Positions 1-10,956 of a DNA stretch of 38,742 bases are shown here, piece by piece; positions within the stretch are counted from its first letter, which is position 1; each line of letters opens with the position of its first letter. The DNA is from Eledone cirrhosa. Its lineage: Eukaryota. Position numbers and translations under genes: made by a program. Below the pieces are notes generated by a model. The model ran no database searches and was not told the DNA's origin. It saw only the letters and a list, made by a program, of their open reading frames with translations. The DNA is taken from contig CAXHJY010001124.1 in assembly GCA_964016885.1 (NCBI GenBank), positions 1 to 38,742 on the forward strand. The letters run 5' to 3'.

Positions 1-433
1 AACTTTCAGACTCTTTTCCAGCTATTTCAAGCGTTAAATTAATATATTTCTTCATTGTACTGCGTCGTTTGCTTTATTTCTGTTTACTTATAGGCGGGTT
101 ATGTAGTTTGTTTGAAATATTGTTTAAAGTGTACAAAGTAGTGCTTTTTTTGAAGGTTACCGCAATGTGAATTGGGCGGTAATTGGAAACAACTATGATG
201 ATAACATGTTGGGGTGTTACTTCAGAACGGCAAAAGATATACTGGTCCAAACTAGTTTCTTCGGTTAATCTTTTGATGAAAGTGTTTTATCTGGAAATAT
301 GAGGACCTGTAAAGAACTGCAAGGTAACATCCCAACATCTTTGTTATCCTATTTTTAACATTTGACCCCCCTCCTCATTCACATTGTGGAAACCTTCAAA
401 CAAAACACTATTGTGTGTGTATATATATATATA

Positions 434-1027
434 GAACCAGAGAGCCAAAATCAGAGTATACAAAGGAGCCACGGAGAAATATAAGACCCTCATAGAAATG
501 GACATGAAAGGAATTTTCACATTATACAGGAGCAAATCATGGAATAGCTTAGATAGGACTAAACATAAGATAGGGAAAGCCACTTCATGGTACGACAACC
601 AGAGATACCAGAGTGTCATGTTCGTGGATGCTACCCCTGGAGGGAAATTAGTTAACCAATGTAGAAAGGCCCTAAGAAATACCCATTTAAAGATTAAAGT
701 GGTAGAAAAGCCAGGAACTACCATAAAATCCCTGATCAGCAAAACATACCCCTTTAAGAAAGCCCACTGTACTAAAAGAAATGTGTTATATGTAAAATGA
801 ACCCCCAGATAAACTGTAAAACTAGAAATGTAGTCTATAGCATAAGATGTATAGAGGGTACTTGCAGAAACATGACAACGACATACATAGGTGAGACAGC
901 TCGAAGCATAGGAGAAAGAATAGACCAAGATTGGGGGGGGGGGGGGGGGGGGCTAAAAGGACAACAACAAAAACGGTTCAGTACTGTACGAACACGCCAG
1001 ACAAAGACATGACGGTAATATAGACAA
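434..1027 (+). pseudogene. Penelope-like retroelement ORF fragment (RT C-terminal/thumb region, Cys-rich linker, GIY-YIG endonuclease), frameshifted and truncated
   Basis: ORF 498-800 (open upstream to ~435) reads GIFTLYRSKSW...SVMFVDATPGGKL...IKVVEKPGTTIKSLISKTYPF..C. A frameshift leads into 797-930, CKTRNVVYSIRCIEGTC...YIGETARSIGERI, a GIY-YIG NVVY..C..C..YIGET.R motif. After a 20-G run (933-952), SVLYEHARQRHDG supplies the two His of the CCHH motif. The fragment starts right after a (TA)n tract. Confidence 0.85.
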
Positions 1028-1439
1028 CATATTCTTCGCCCACTTATTCATGAGAGGGTCGTGAGGGCAGAGTCCTCGAATACACATTCCAGCGGCTCCT
1101 GTCAGAAGCAGCTGTCTCCAACTTATTCGGCTAGATCCCTAAGGGAGACCAGCCAAGCTCATGGATTTTATCCAACTATCTTGCTCAGGGTGTACCCCTG
1201 GGTATGCTGTCGGTTGGTTTTGCCCGTAAAATTTGTCCAGTGATTCTTTCCTGGGGCATTCTAAACACATGACAATAGTATCGGAGCTGTGATCTCTCAA
1301 TTCGGAGAGAAATTATTATTATTCTCTACATTTCTTACATCAAACTAAAATATGTTGACAATCTTTTAATAATGTCTTTCTTGTGAAATGTGTGGTCTTG
1401 TTTTGCTTAACTAATGAATATATATATATATATATATAT

Positions 1440-2450
1440 ACAAGTGGAAGCTTAATTAAATCGAAGATTTGGCTGTGGCCAAGCAAAGTCAACCTACAAT
1501 AGGAATGAGTTAGCAAAGCACTCAATAGGGCTAGGTCCTTAGAGTAATAACATACGTTTAAATAGCTTGACAAATTGAACATTGCGGTAGGCAAAACCCA
1601 ACCATACAATAGTAAAGTAACGAAAGAACTAACAGGTTAAAAAACAGACCTGGACAAATCAAACGATATACGTCTGAGGTGTTTCTGTGAAACCGAAATA
1701 ATTTATCCAACTTACGTAACACGTAAGCTTGTGGTATTTTATGATCGAACAGAGGATTCATTTCATCAACAGGGATTCCGTTCTTCCTCAAACTGGTGTG
1801 AACAAACTAAATGCGACCGCTACAGAAGGCAGCCTTCAAACACTTCGTTGTCACGTGTTATTTCCAGCAAGGGAAGCAACCCCCGGTTTTTGGCGGGTAA
1901 ATTCAAAGTGTTAACAAGGGAAATATTATAATTTCCGCTCAAACATTCCGAATAAAAGCTCTCAACCAGATGTTATTAAACAAACACAAATAATTAATCA
2001 ATCAACAGAATTGTCTAATTAAATTAATTAGCTAATTATTAAATCTAGGAAAAAATAATACAAGTGGAAGCTTAGTAAATCGAAGATTTGGCTGTGGCCA
2101 AGCAAAGTCGACCTACAATAGGAATGAGTTAGCAAAGCATTAACATACATTTAAATAGTTTGACAAAGCATTAACATACATTTAAATAGTTGACAAAGCA
2201 TTAACATACATTTAAATAGTTGACAAAGCATTAACATACATTTAAATAGTTGACAAAGCATTAACATACATTTAAATAGTTTGATAAATTGAACATTGCG
2301 GTAGGCAAAACCCAACCATACAATACTAAAGTAACGAAAGAACTAACAGGTTAAAAAACAGACCTGGACAAATCAAACGATGTACGTCTGAGGTGTTTCT
2401 GTGAATCCGAAATCATTTATCCAACTTACATAACACGCAAGCTTGTAGTA
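1440..2450. mobile_element. TA-flanked element with ~300-bp direct repeats (1440-1736 and 2060-2450), pLTR/LTR-like partial tandem
   Basis: acaagtggaagctta..aaatcgaagatttggctgtggccaagc...aagcttgt occurs twice, 620 bp apart. (TA)n lies on both outer sides. Confidence 0.7.
2133..2284. repeat. 30-31 bp minisatellite x5 inside the second direct repeat
   Basis: caaagcattaacatacatttaaatagtt(t)ga units start at 2133, 2164, 2194, 2224 and 2254. Confidence 0.95.
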
Positions 2451-2516
2451 TTATATATATATATATAACTTTGATAGGTTTCGGCCAGTATTGGTCCAGG
2501 CCATGTCTAACTTAAT

Positions 2517-2603
<87 letters not shown>

Positions 2604-2609
<6 letters not shown>

Positions 2610-2895
2610 GATATTAATAAATGGAAACTATATTTATAAAACCATATTTATTTCATTATACATATTTCAGGGATACCAAATTAAATTATGGTATGCCTTC
2701 ATCAAACAAAATACAATATATAACAGTTTTACAAATAAGCTTTGACGTACCCTTTTAAAATGCGACCATTATTTTTGGAGGCCATCTGGATAGTGAATTG
2801 TTTATATTATTTTATTAATTTGGTATCCCTGAAATATGCATAATGAAATAAATATGGTTTTATAAATATAGTTTCCATTTATTAATATCGTATAT
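2604..2895. repeat. 81-bp inverted repeat (2604-2684 / 2815-2895); the right arm carries the 3' half of the family A hammerhead
   Basis: atatacgatattaataaatggaaactata...ggataccaaattaa is the near-perfect reverse complement of ttaatttggtatccctgaaat...attaatatcgtatat. Confidence 0.9.
2649..2713 (-). ncRNA. Type I minimal hammerhead ribozyme motif, family A (C3U core variant)
   Basis: Minus strand reads tattttgt-TTGATGA-aggcatacca(taatttaatt)tggtatccct-GAAA-tatgta-TA-atgaaata. Helix I has 8 bp, helix II 9 of 10 pairs, and helix III is short and near-palindromic. Confidence 0.7.
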
Positions 2896-2977
2896 CTACT
2901 CCAAATACTTGTCGAGTGCTTTATATCAGTTATAAAAATATTTACTTGCTGTATCCCAACAATTTAAATAGAACTTT

Positions 2978-4078
<1,101 letters not shown>

Positions 4079-4325
4079 CCTGTTTGTTTCGTAACTAGTA
4101 GTTCGACAATAAGAGATCGCTAAGTCCCAGGCTTCCAAAAATAAGTACTGAGGTCGATATAATTGATTAAATACCTTTAAGATGGTGTTGGTGTTACAGC
4201 ATGGCCGCAGTCTACCTGAAACGTAAAAAGAATAAAGGAATAGAAAAATGTGTGTACACACATACATACACGCGGAGGCATGCACTTATTTATATACAGG
4301 ATACATTGCCAGACATACACATCTA

Positions 4326-4358
<33 letters not shown>

Positions 4359-4538
4359 TATATATTTATATCAAGGGCGGTGCCCCAGCATGGCCTCAGC
4401 CGGATGGCTGAAACAGGTAAAAGAGTAAAAGAGTATATATTTAAAGGTTCAATGAATATATATTTCAAGGTTCAATGAATAAATCAAAGAGTTAGTTTTA
4501 CAATAGATTGGAATGTCTAATTTTGTTAATATTTTGAA

Positions 4539-4608
<70 letters not shown>

Positions 4609-4633
4609 TGTAATAAACAACATAAGGCAAGTA

Positions 4634-4693
4634 TTCCATTTACCAGTGGTTTCTTAAAAGCAAAAGATTTTGCTTTCAATCCTCAGAATGAAA
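4634..4693 (-). ncRNA. Type I hammerhead ribozyme, family B, canonical core
   Basis: Minus strand reads tttcatt-CTGAGGA-ttgaaagcaaa(atct)tttgcttttaa-GAAA-ccactgg-TA-aatggaa. Helix I has 7 bp and helix II 11 bp; helix III ACCACTGGT is near-palindromic, with a GUA cleavage triplet. A distal helix I extension pairs 4612-4619 with 4705-4712. Confidence 0.85.
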
Positions 4694-4869
4694 AAATCCT
4701 GGTCTGTTTATTGAATTTGGATTTTAAAAACCATTAAGCTCTGTTACCTACATAGAGCACTCTTTTTTCCTGGACTTTTCCGACGGAATTACTTCATTCA
4801 TTTATATATATATATATATACTTTTCATTTATATATATATATATTCATTCATTTAAATTATTCACTCAT

Positions 4870-5102
4870 TCATTTAAATTATTGACGTATTGTTTTATTG
4901 ATATTTTTTATCTGTTTGTCCCGAATCTTCCTTTATCGATTTTTTATCGTATGGTTGATTGTAGACTTGTTCTATATGTGACGGTATTTTAACGATAGTT
5001 ATAGCTCTGATTCATCTGAATTATTGAGCCCTCTGCCGCTCATTTCGAATCTTGTTTATCGTGAACTCGTGCGCCGATTTTTCGATACTCGATCTTTCTA
5101 AT
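4870..5102. repeat. Dispersed TA-flanked repeat; diverged relative at ~23630-23830
   Basis: tctgtttgtcccgaat...ttttaacgatagttatagctctgattca...gagccctctgcc aligns by eye with tttgtttgacccgaat...ttttaacgtatgttgttgctctagttca...gagcgcttgcc. Confidence 0.55.
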
Positions 5103-5225
5103 ATATATATATATATGTATATTTCCTAAATCTTTCGTTAACTACTTTTCCCATCTTGACGTTATAGTCGCATATATGTTATAGAATGCCGTTAGCTTCT
5201 TGCTAAAACAATCTCTATACCTCTC

Positions 5226-5280
<55 letters not shown>

Positions 5281-5380
5281 TATACAGTTATATAACGTGT
5301 CTACAATGTATACATACAATCTTCTTTGTCACGAAAAGTTCGTTTATATTCTAGAGAAAGATACATTATCATTGTGTGAG

Positions 5381-5454
<74 letters not shown>

Positions 5455-5569
5455 CTGCTTAACATATATACACACGCACATATACATACATATATATAGA
5501 TGCGTGTGTGTGTGTAAAAACTGCTTAACATATATAGTTACACACACATATACATACATATATATATAG

Positions 5570-5615
<46 letters not shown>

Positions 5616-6320
5616 TAGTGTAGCGCTGCATTGCACTGAACTTGAGGTATAAATAAGTGCTAATTTGTATGTGTGCGCGTGAGGGTGTGTACATGCATAT
5701 GTATGTATGTATGTAAGTGTAAACGCATATGAAAGAAATCAGTGCATTACACAAGTTAGCTCAACGGTTGTGCGTGCAATAAGGAGAATTAGTTGATGAT
5801 GTCATCATAGCAAACAACCAATGATATACATTAACAGTTGTGGTCACTCGTGACGTCAAAACATTGAATGGCATATGAGGGTAGAGGGTAGAGGAAGGTA
5901 AGATGATAGGATCAGAAACACATGTAAGTAGGAAAGAAAGATGAGAAACAGATAAGCATAACGGGAGGGTGTTAGAATAACGAAGAAAGAGAGAAGGTAT
6001 GAGAAATGGCAGTAAGGATTACATAAAATTATGTTAGCGTCAACCATGTTAGATTGGTAAAGGGAACGAAGAAGGTTAAAGCAAGCCAATCCTTAGTTAG
6101 CTTAACTACTTTATGGGATGGGTGTATGTGTTTGTTTGAGCTGGTGTGTTTATGATATGTATTTATGCACAGAAACATACGTGTGTGGATATGTGTGCGC
6201 GCGCACGCACACACACAGACACACACACATATATATATATATATGACTATCCAGGAAGCTCCAACCGTTAAGGTTGTCTTTTTTCCGGGTATGTCAATAT
6301 TTATTTATAAAACAAATCTG

Positions 6321-6386
6321 TATTTTATCTGATGAAAGCGCACCATAATTTGCCTTGGTTACCCTTGAAATATATATAATAAAATA
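6321..6386 (+). ncRNA. Type I minimal hammerhead ribozyme, family A, canonical core
   Basis: Reads tattttat-CTGATGA(6329-6335)-aagcgcacca...tggttaccctt-GAAA(6367-6370)-tatata-TA-ataaaata. Helix I has 8 bp, helix III is the palindrome ATATATAT, and helix II is partly decayed. The host element 6246-6425 is homologous to 2605-2794 (minus). Confidence 0.78.
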
Positions 6387-6490
6387 AATATGGTTTTATA
6401 AATATAGTTTCCATTTATTAATATATTGTATATATATATATATATATATATGTAAATATTAATTTCAAAAACTTATATTTATCTGAAAAA

Positions 6491-6573
6491 GTAATTATTT
6501 TATCCGATGAACGGGCTGGGCGTTTTTGTAAGAATCGTCTAGTTTCTTGAAACCTTGGTAATGGAATAATTAT
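6491..6573 (+). ncRNA. Type I hammerhead motif, family B (U4C core variant)
   Basis: Reads gtaattattttat-CCGATGA-acgggctgggcg...cgtctagtttctt-GAAA-ccttgg-TA-atggaataattat. Helix I has 13 bp including GU pairs, helix II is GU-rich, and helix III is ACCTTGGT. The 3' flank atggaata...tgttgtttatt matches the 4634 copy. Confidence 0.7.
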
Positions 6574-6593
6574 ATTGTGTTGTTTATTATGTA

Positions 6594-6644
<51 letters not shown>

Positions 6645-6649
<5 letters not shown>

Positions 6650-6760
6650 AACAAGTAAGACCCCGACGGCTGAGCTCAAGCCGTTTCGACGGCTAATTCT
6701 GTCTAGAATTAGCCGTCGAAACGGCTTGAGCTCAGCCGTCGGGGTCTTACTTGTTCCTAT
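6645..6760. repeat. Perfect palindrome with 56-bp arms and a 4-nt loop, containing the 3' half of a hammerhead
   Basis: 6645-6700 is the exact reverse complement of 6705-6760 (loop gtct). The right arm reads agaattagccgtc-GAAA-cggct(tgagctc)agccg-TC-ggggtc. Confidence 0.95.
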
Positions 6761-6836
6761 TACCCACTCTACTACCCTAAGTATTGAGTACTTTGGTGCG
6801 TTATGGTCCACCTGGTTCCTTACCACATTTCCTTCG

Positions 6837-6837
<1 letters not shown>

Positions 6838-6896
<59 letters not shown>

Positions 6897-6905
6897 CTTT
6901 ATTCC

Positions 6906-6940
<35 letters not shown>

Positions 6941-7022
6941 CATATATATATATATATATATATATATTCCATAATATATATATATATATATATATTCCAT
7001 AATATATATATATATATATTCC

Positions 7023-7075
<53 letters not shown>

Positions 7076-7148
7076 CATATATATATATATATATATATAT
7101 ATTATGGAATACTATTGGCTTCTTGCTACAATAATTTCTATACTTTTC

Positions 7149-7190
<42 letters not shown>
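6838..7190. repeat. Compound (TA)n microsatellite with repeated ttccat(a) interruptions
   Basis: (TA)n blocks are separated by ttccat(aa) six times, plus one inverted ttatggaata at ~7102. Confidence 0.95.
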
Positions 7191-7194
<4 letters not shown>

Positions 7195-7330
7195 GGAAAA
7201 AAAATGAAAGAAATTTTATTTCTCACTCTTAGCACGGCTGTTACTTAAATATAAGTATGTACACGTACATTATATATATATATACATACATACACATATG
7301 GGTATATATAGATATAGATTGACAATCCAC
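7191..7330 (+). mobile_element. Partial copy of the 10318-11166 hammerhead-bearing element (lacks the ribozyme)
   Basis: ggaaaaaaaatgaaagaaattttatttctcactcttagcacggctgttacttaaat aligns with ggaaaaaatgaaacgaaacttcacttctcactcctagcacggctgatacttaaat at 10322. Confidence 0.75.
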
Positions 7331-7398
<68 letters not shown>

Positions 7399-7452
7399 TG
7401 AAACACACACATATATATATATATATACATAAATGAGATTTTTGTATGTGTA

Positions 7453-7503
<51 letters not shown>

Positions 7504-7825
7504 GAGAGACTTAAGCTACATTCTTAAGGAATTCAGTCGGTATGATGAAGTAGACGAGGAGCTGGTGAAGGTATCTGTATCAAGGAGCCTTTAAAATAAC
7601 AAAAAGAAAATCAAACAACAACAACAACAACTAAAAGGAAAGCGGATGCTAAGGTCAAAAGACGTGACGACACGAGGATAGCTATTTACCCTTACTAAGT
7701 CAGTGACAGCTGCATTTACGATAACAAAAGAATTGGCGAGAAAAAGGCGGGAAACAAAATCACAGTGAAATGAAATGAAAATTTGTTCTGCTCATCAACG
7801 CTATTGCCACGTTAAAGTTGTAGAT

Positions 7826-8150
7826 GCAGCATGGCGGAATGGTTATGAAGTTCGATTGGCAATCATTAGGTTCCGAGTTCGATCCCACTGCAAATATCAT
7901 TTACTATGTCCTGTGAGAGAAAATGAGTAGACGAAAACTGTTTTGGGAGCCCATTGGATGGGCTGTACTTGTAATTCAAAGGGCCAGCCTTTGCTACAAT
8001 GTGCCACGCAAAATCTTCTTAAGAATTACTTTAGTGCTACAAGTGCATGTAGAATGCTTAGCCACTTACTCGTTAATTTCAAGAACTGGTTGTTCTGTTG
8101 ATCGAACAGTTGGAGCATTAATCGTTGAAACTGACGGAGGTCCATCAAGA
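7826..8150 (+). mobile_element. Old composite tRNA-derived SINE; many other fragments at ~11700-11900, 13380-13690, 18140-18230, 22830-23140, 27430-27680, 28765-29100, 31140-31980, 32485-32800, 34615-34750
   Basis: A tRNA-like head (atggcggaatggttatga...gagttcgatccc, A/B-box-like) is followed by ggaaactgt..ggaagcccgtc-like and aacggaacagcctgctcgtgaaattaac-like segments. These segments recur in both orientations. Confidence 0.6.
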
Positions 8151-8252
8151 TCATACTGAACTTACTGAATTCGATTACTATTTTATCAAGAAAGGGTTGT
8201 GTCCATGGCCCTTTTCAAGCCCCCTTTTCCCGAATTTTGTGGGAGAGAGGCA

Positions 8253-8560
8253 GAGCCCGATTTAGACCTTGGAGGGCCCGGCGCACTTCATGTTTGAGGG
8301 GGGGGGGGGTCCCTCATACACAAAAAATTAGAATACACTGCAAACAAACCCCCAATTTTACATATCAACGTCAGCTTGGCGCAAGTAATTGGAATTGAAA
8401 AGTTATACATACAGGTATTTTAAAAATCTAACTATCCTAAAACTAAATGGCCCAGTAGAAGGCACAAATAAATTGCTATGGCCGTCGCTGGGGGCCCCCT
8501 CCCCCACTGCAGGGGGCCTGGGACAATTTCCCCCACCACCACCACCAATTAAATCCGGTC
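8253..8560. mobile_element. GC-rich MITE-like element
   Basis: Ends gagcccgatttag...ttaaatccggtc form imperfect terminal inverted repeats, with gggccc-rich subtermini. A related terminus gtgccggatttagg lies at ~8723. Confidence 0.4.
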
Positions 8561-9392
8561 ATGGAGGGAGGTAGATATCCTCAAACCGGAGACATGATCG
8601 AAAGCTTGTAACAGAGTGGACTCTGGTTCCTAAGGTGGTCTTAACCCTTACGTTACCATATTTCTAATCAAAGACATTGCCTATGATATTCAAGTAATTT
8701 TGAAAATAATCAAAAATTTTAAGTGCCGGATTTAGGACTAATGAGGCCCTGTGCTAGTTAAGTTATGAGGCCCCTTACTTGGGTCCTGAAGGAGGTAAAA
8801 ATATCTTTTGGCAGGAAGAAGCCCCCCCCCCCCCCCTCAATTAACAGGCATGAGAGACTGTGAGAAATGTTGCATCCTTGCGCAAGAGGGGTGACTGTCC
8901 CTCGCACCTCCTTTGATATGCCTCTGCGCGGCGGGGTTTGAATTCAAAATGCAAAGGACCGGAATAAATATCGAAGGGCATCTCGTTCGACGCTCTAACA
9001 ATTCCGCTAATCCACTGTCAAGGATGGGTACGTTTTCTTATCGACCACAAAAGATAGAAGGCAAAGTTAATTTCGGCGGGATTTGAACTCAGAGCGCAGA
9101 GAAATAACAAATACTGCAAGATATTTACTAAAAGACAAGATTAACCAGAGAATGTCGATAAACAAATAATACATAACGAAGAGTGCTTGTTTGGTTGTTG
9201 TTGCTTTTAGCCTTAAGACCACCTGGGTTGAGGTGGCGAATTGGTAGAATTGTTAGAACGGTGGATAGAATGCTTTGAGGTATTCGTTCCGGCTCTCTCT
9301 GCGCTCTCTAAGAAGACATAGCCCCCGAGGTCAGCTTTGCCTTTTATACTTCCGAAGTCGATAAAAAAAATACTAGACCGGTACTGGGGTAG

Positions 9393-9444
<52 letters not shown>

Positions 9445-9483
9445 ATATATATATATATATATATAGTTAAAGAATGAAGATTA

Positions 9484-9889
9484 ACATGGTTGGCTGTACA
9501 ATAAGGGCTTTATTTAAAGTACTGGCAATTGTTTCGTTGATCATGTGGGTCTAGAGTTCGCTAATCGCTTGATGTTGCGTTATTCGATCTCCAATACATT
9601 ATTCACCTCTGGTCAACACATCAGAGCACGTAGATATGAAAATAATTCACTCGAGGCAAGACTTATATAAAGAAATAGCGTATAATTAAAATAATAACAT
9701 CAATAATAAAATAGCATATAATATAAACAATAACATCAATAATAATACATGATGTGTTGGCCATAGGTGAATAATGTATTGGAGATCGAATAACGCAATA
9801 TGAAGCGATTAGCGAACTCTAGACACACATGATCAACGAAACAATTGTCAGTACTTTAAATAAAGCCCTTATTGTACAGCCAACCATGT
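9484..9889. repeat. 140-bp inverted repeat (9484-9623 / 9750-9889) within a TA-flanked element; each arm holds a long-helix-II hammerhead motif (family D)
   Basis: The arms are near-identical reverse complements. The minus arm reads gtgct-CTGATGT-gttgacca...tgatcaac-GAAA-caattg-CC-agtac. The plus arm reads TGATGT-gttggcca...tgatcaac-GAAA-caattg-TC-agtac. Confidence 0.85.
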
Positions 9890-10186
9890 ATAACCTGCAT
9901 AACAATTACCGCGAACTCGCTGCATAACTATGGAAGCATCTTGTTGAGTCAATCAAAGCCGTACGTTAAAACTATCCACGACGCAGAGCACTCACAACCT
10001 CTAACTGGATTACCTATAGCGATAACTTATTATCCCAAATATATATATATATGTATATATTTAAAGGTTAAACAAGGTTCAATGAATAAATCAATGAATA
10101 AAGTTTTACAATAGGTTAGAAGCACTCCACAAAAATGGTTTTCCGGAGTTATTAATATTAATTCAAAATATTAACAAAAAATTTTT

Positions 10187-10249
10187 TTTTATCTGATGAG
10201 GACGTACTGTTGAAGATAGCTCAGTACCTCTGAAATATGTATAATAAAA
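10187..10249 (+). ncRNA. Type I minimal hammerhead ribozyme, family A-related, canonical core
   Basis: Reads ttttat-CTGATGA(10193-10199)-ggacgtactg(ttgaagatagct)cagtacctct-GAAA-tatgta-TA-ataaaa. Helix II has 9 of 10 pairs. The motif is enclosed by a 24-bp inverted repeat, atattaattcaaaatattaacaaa / tttgttaatattttgaattaatat. Confidence 0.85.
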
Positions 10250-10584
10250 TATACATGATCACACGAATGTCTATATTTGTTAATATTTTGAATTAATATA
10301 TATATATATATATATATAAATGGAAAAAATGAAACGAAACTTCACTTCTCACTCCTAGCACGGCTGATACTTAAATGTAAGCACGTATACGTACATACAT
10401 ATATGTATACAGACGTATAGTAGTATGTATATATACATACATGTATATATATACATACATATGTACGTATGGGTCCACCGAACATTCACCACAATGCTCG
10501 GTTTGTTTATAAACAAACAGCCCGAATTAAGCCGTACAGTGTTTAGCAACCATCGTTGCCCTTTTGTTCAACACTGACAAAAGA

Positions 10585-10627
10585 ACGATGTACTAGTTTC
10601 AAGCTTATTAGCTATCGTCAGCACCGT
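10585..10627 (-). ncRNA. Type I minimal hammerhead ribozyme, family E
   Basis: Exact reverse complement of the 10914-10956 motif. Confidence 0.88.
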
Positions 10628-10913
10628 ATACCTTTCTGCCAGATGATTGAACGTCTGAAAGTATATACTTTCCTTATGCATATTAACGGCTGAGCAGCCT
10701 AATTTGCATATCGAGTGAGTTAGTCAGCCGGGCGCACCGAAAACGATAAATAGAAAAAATGAAACGAAACCTCACTTCTCACTCCTAGCACGGCTGATAC
10801 TTAAATGTAAGCACGTATACGTACATACATATATGTATACAGACGTACAGTAGTATGTATATATATACATACATGCACACATATATATATATGTACGTAT
10901 GGCAGAAAGGTAT

Positions 10914-10956
10914 ACGGTGCTGACGATAGCTAATAAGCTTGAAACTAGTACATCGT
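10914..10956 (+). ncRNA. Type I minimal hammerhead ribozyme, family E
   Basis: Reads acggtg-CTGACGA-tagct(aata)agctt-GAAA-ctag-TA-catcgt. Helix I has 6 bp plus a distal extension (ggcagaa / ttttgtc), and helix III is the palindrome ACTAGT. The GUA site predicts cleavage after A10950. Confidence 0.88.

Noticed and set aside
344-928. 194-aa minus-strand ORF
   Set aside because: It is the antisense shadow of the PLE ORF and has no recognisable motifs.
933-952. G20 run as a functional G-quadruplex
   Set aside because: It is a homopolymer interrupting a dead ORF; similar runs occur elsewhere and their length may be a sequencing artefact.
7826-7892. tRNA gene
   Set aside because: No complete cloverleaf forms, and the sequence continues into a repeated SINE body, so it is a SINE head.
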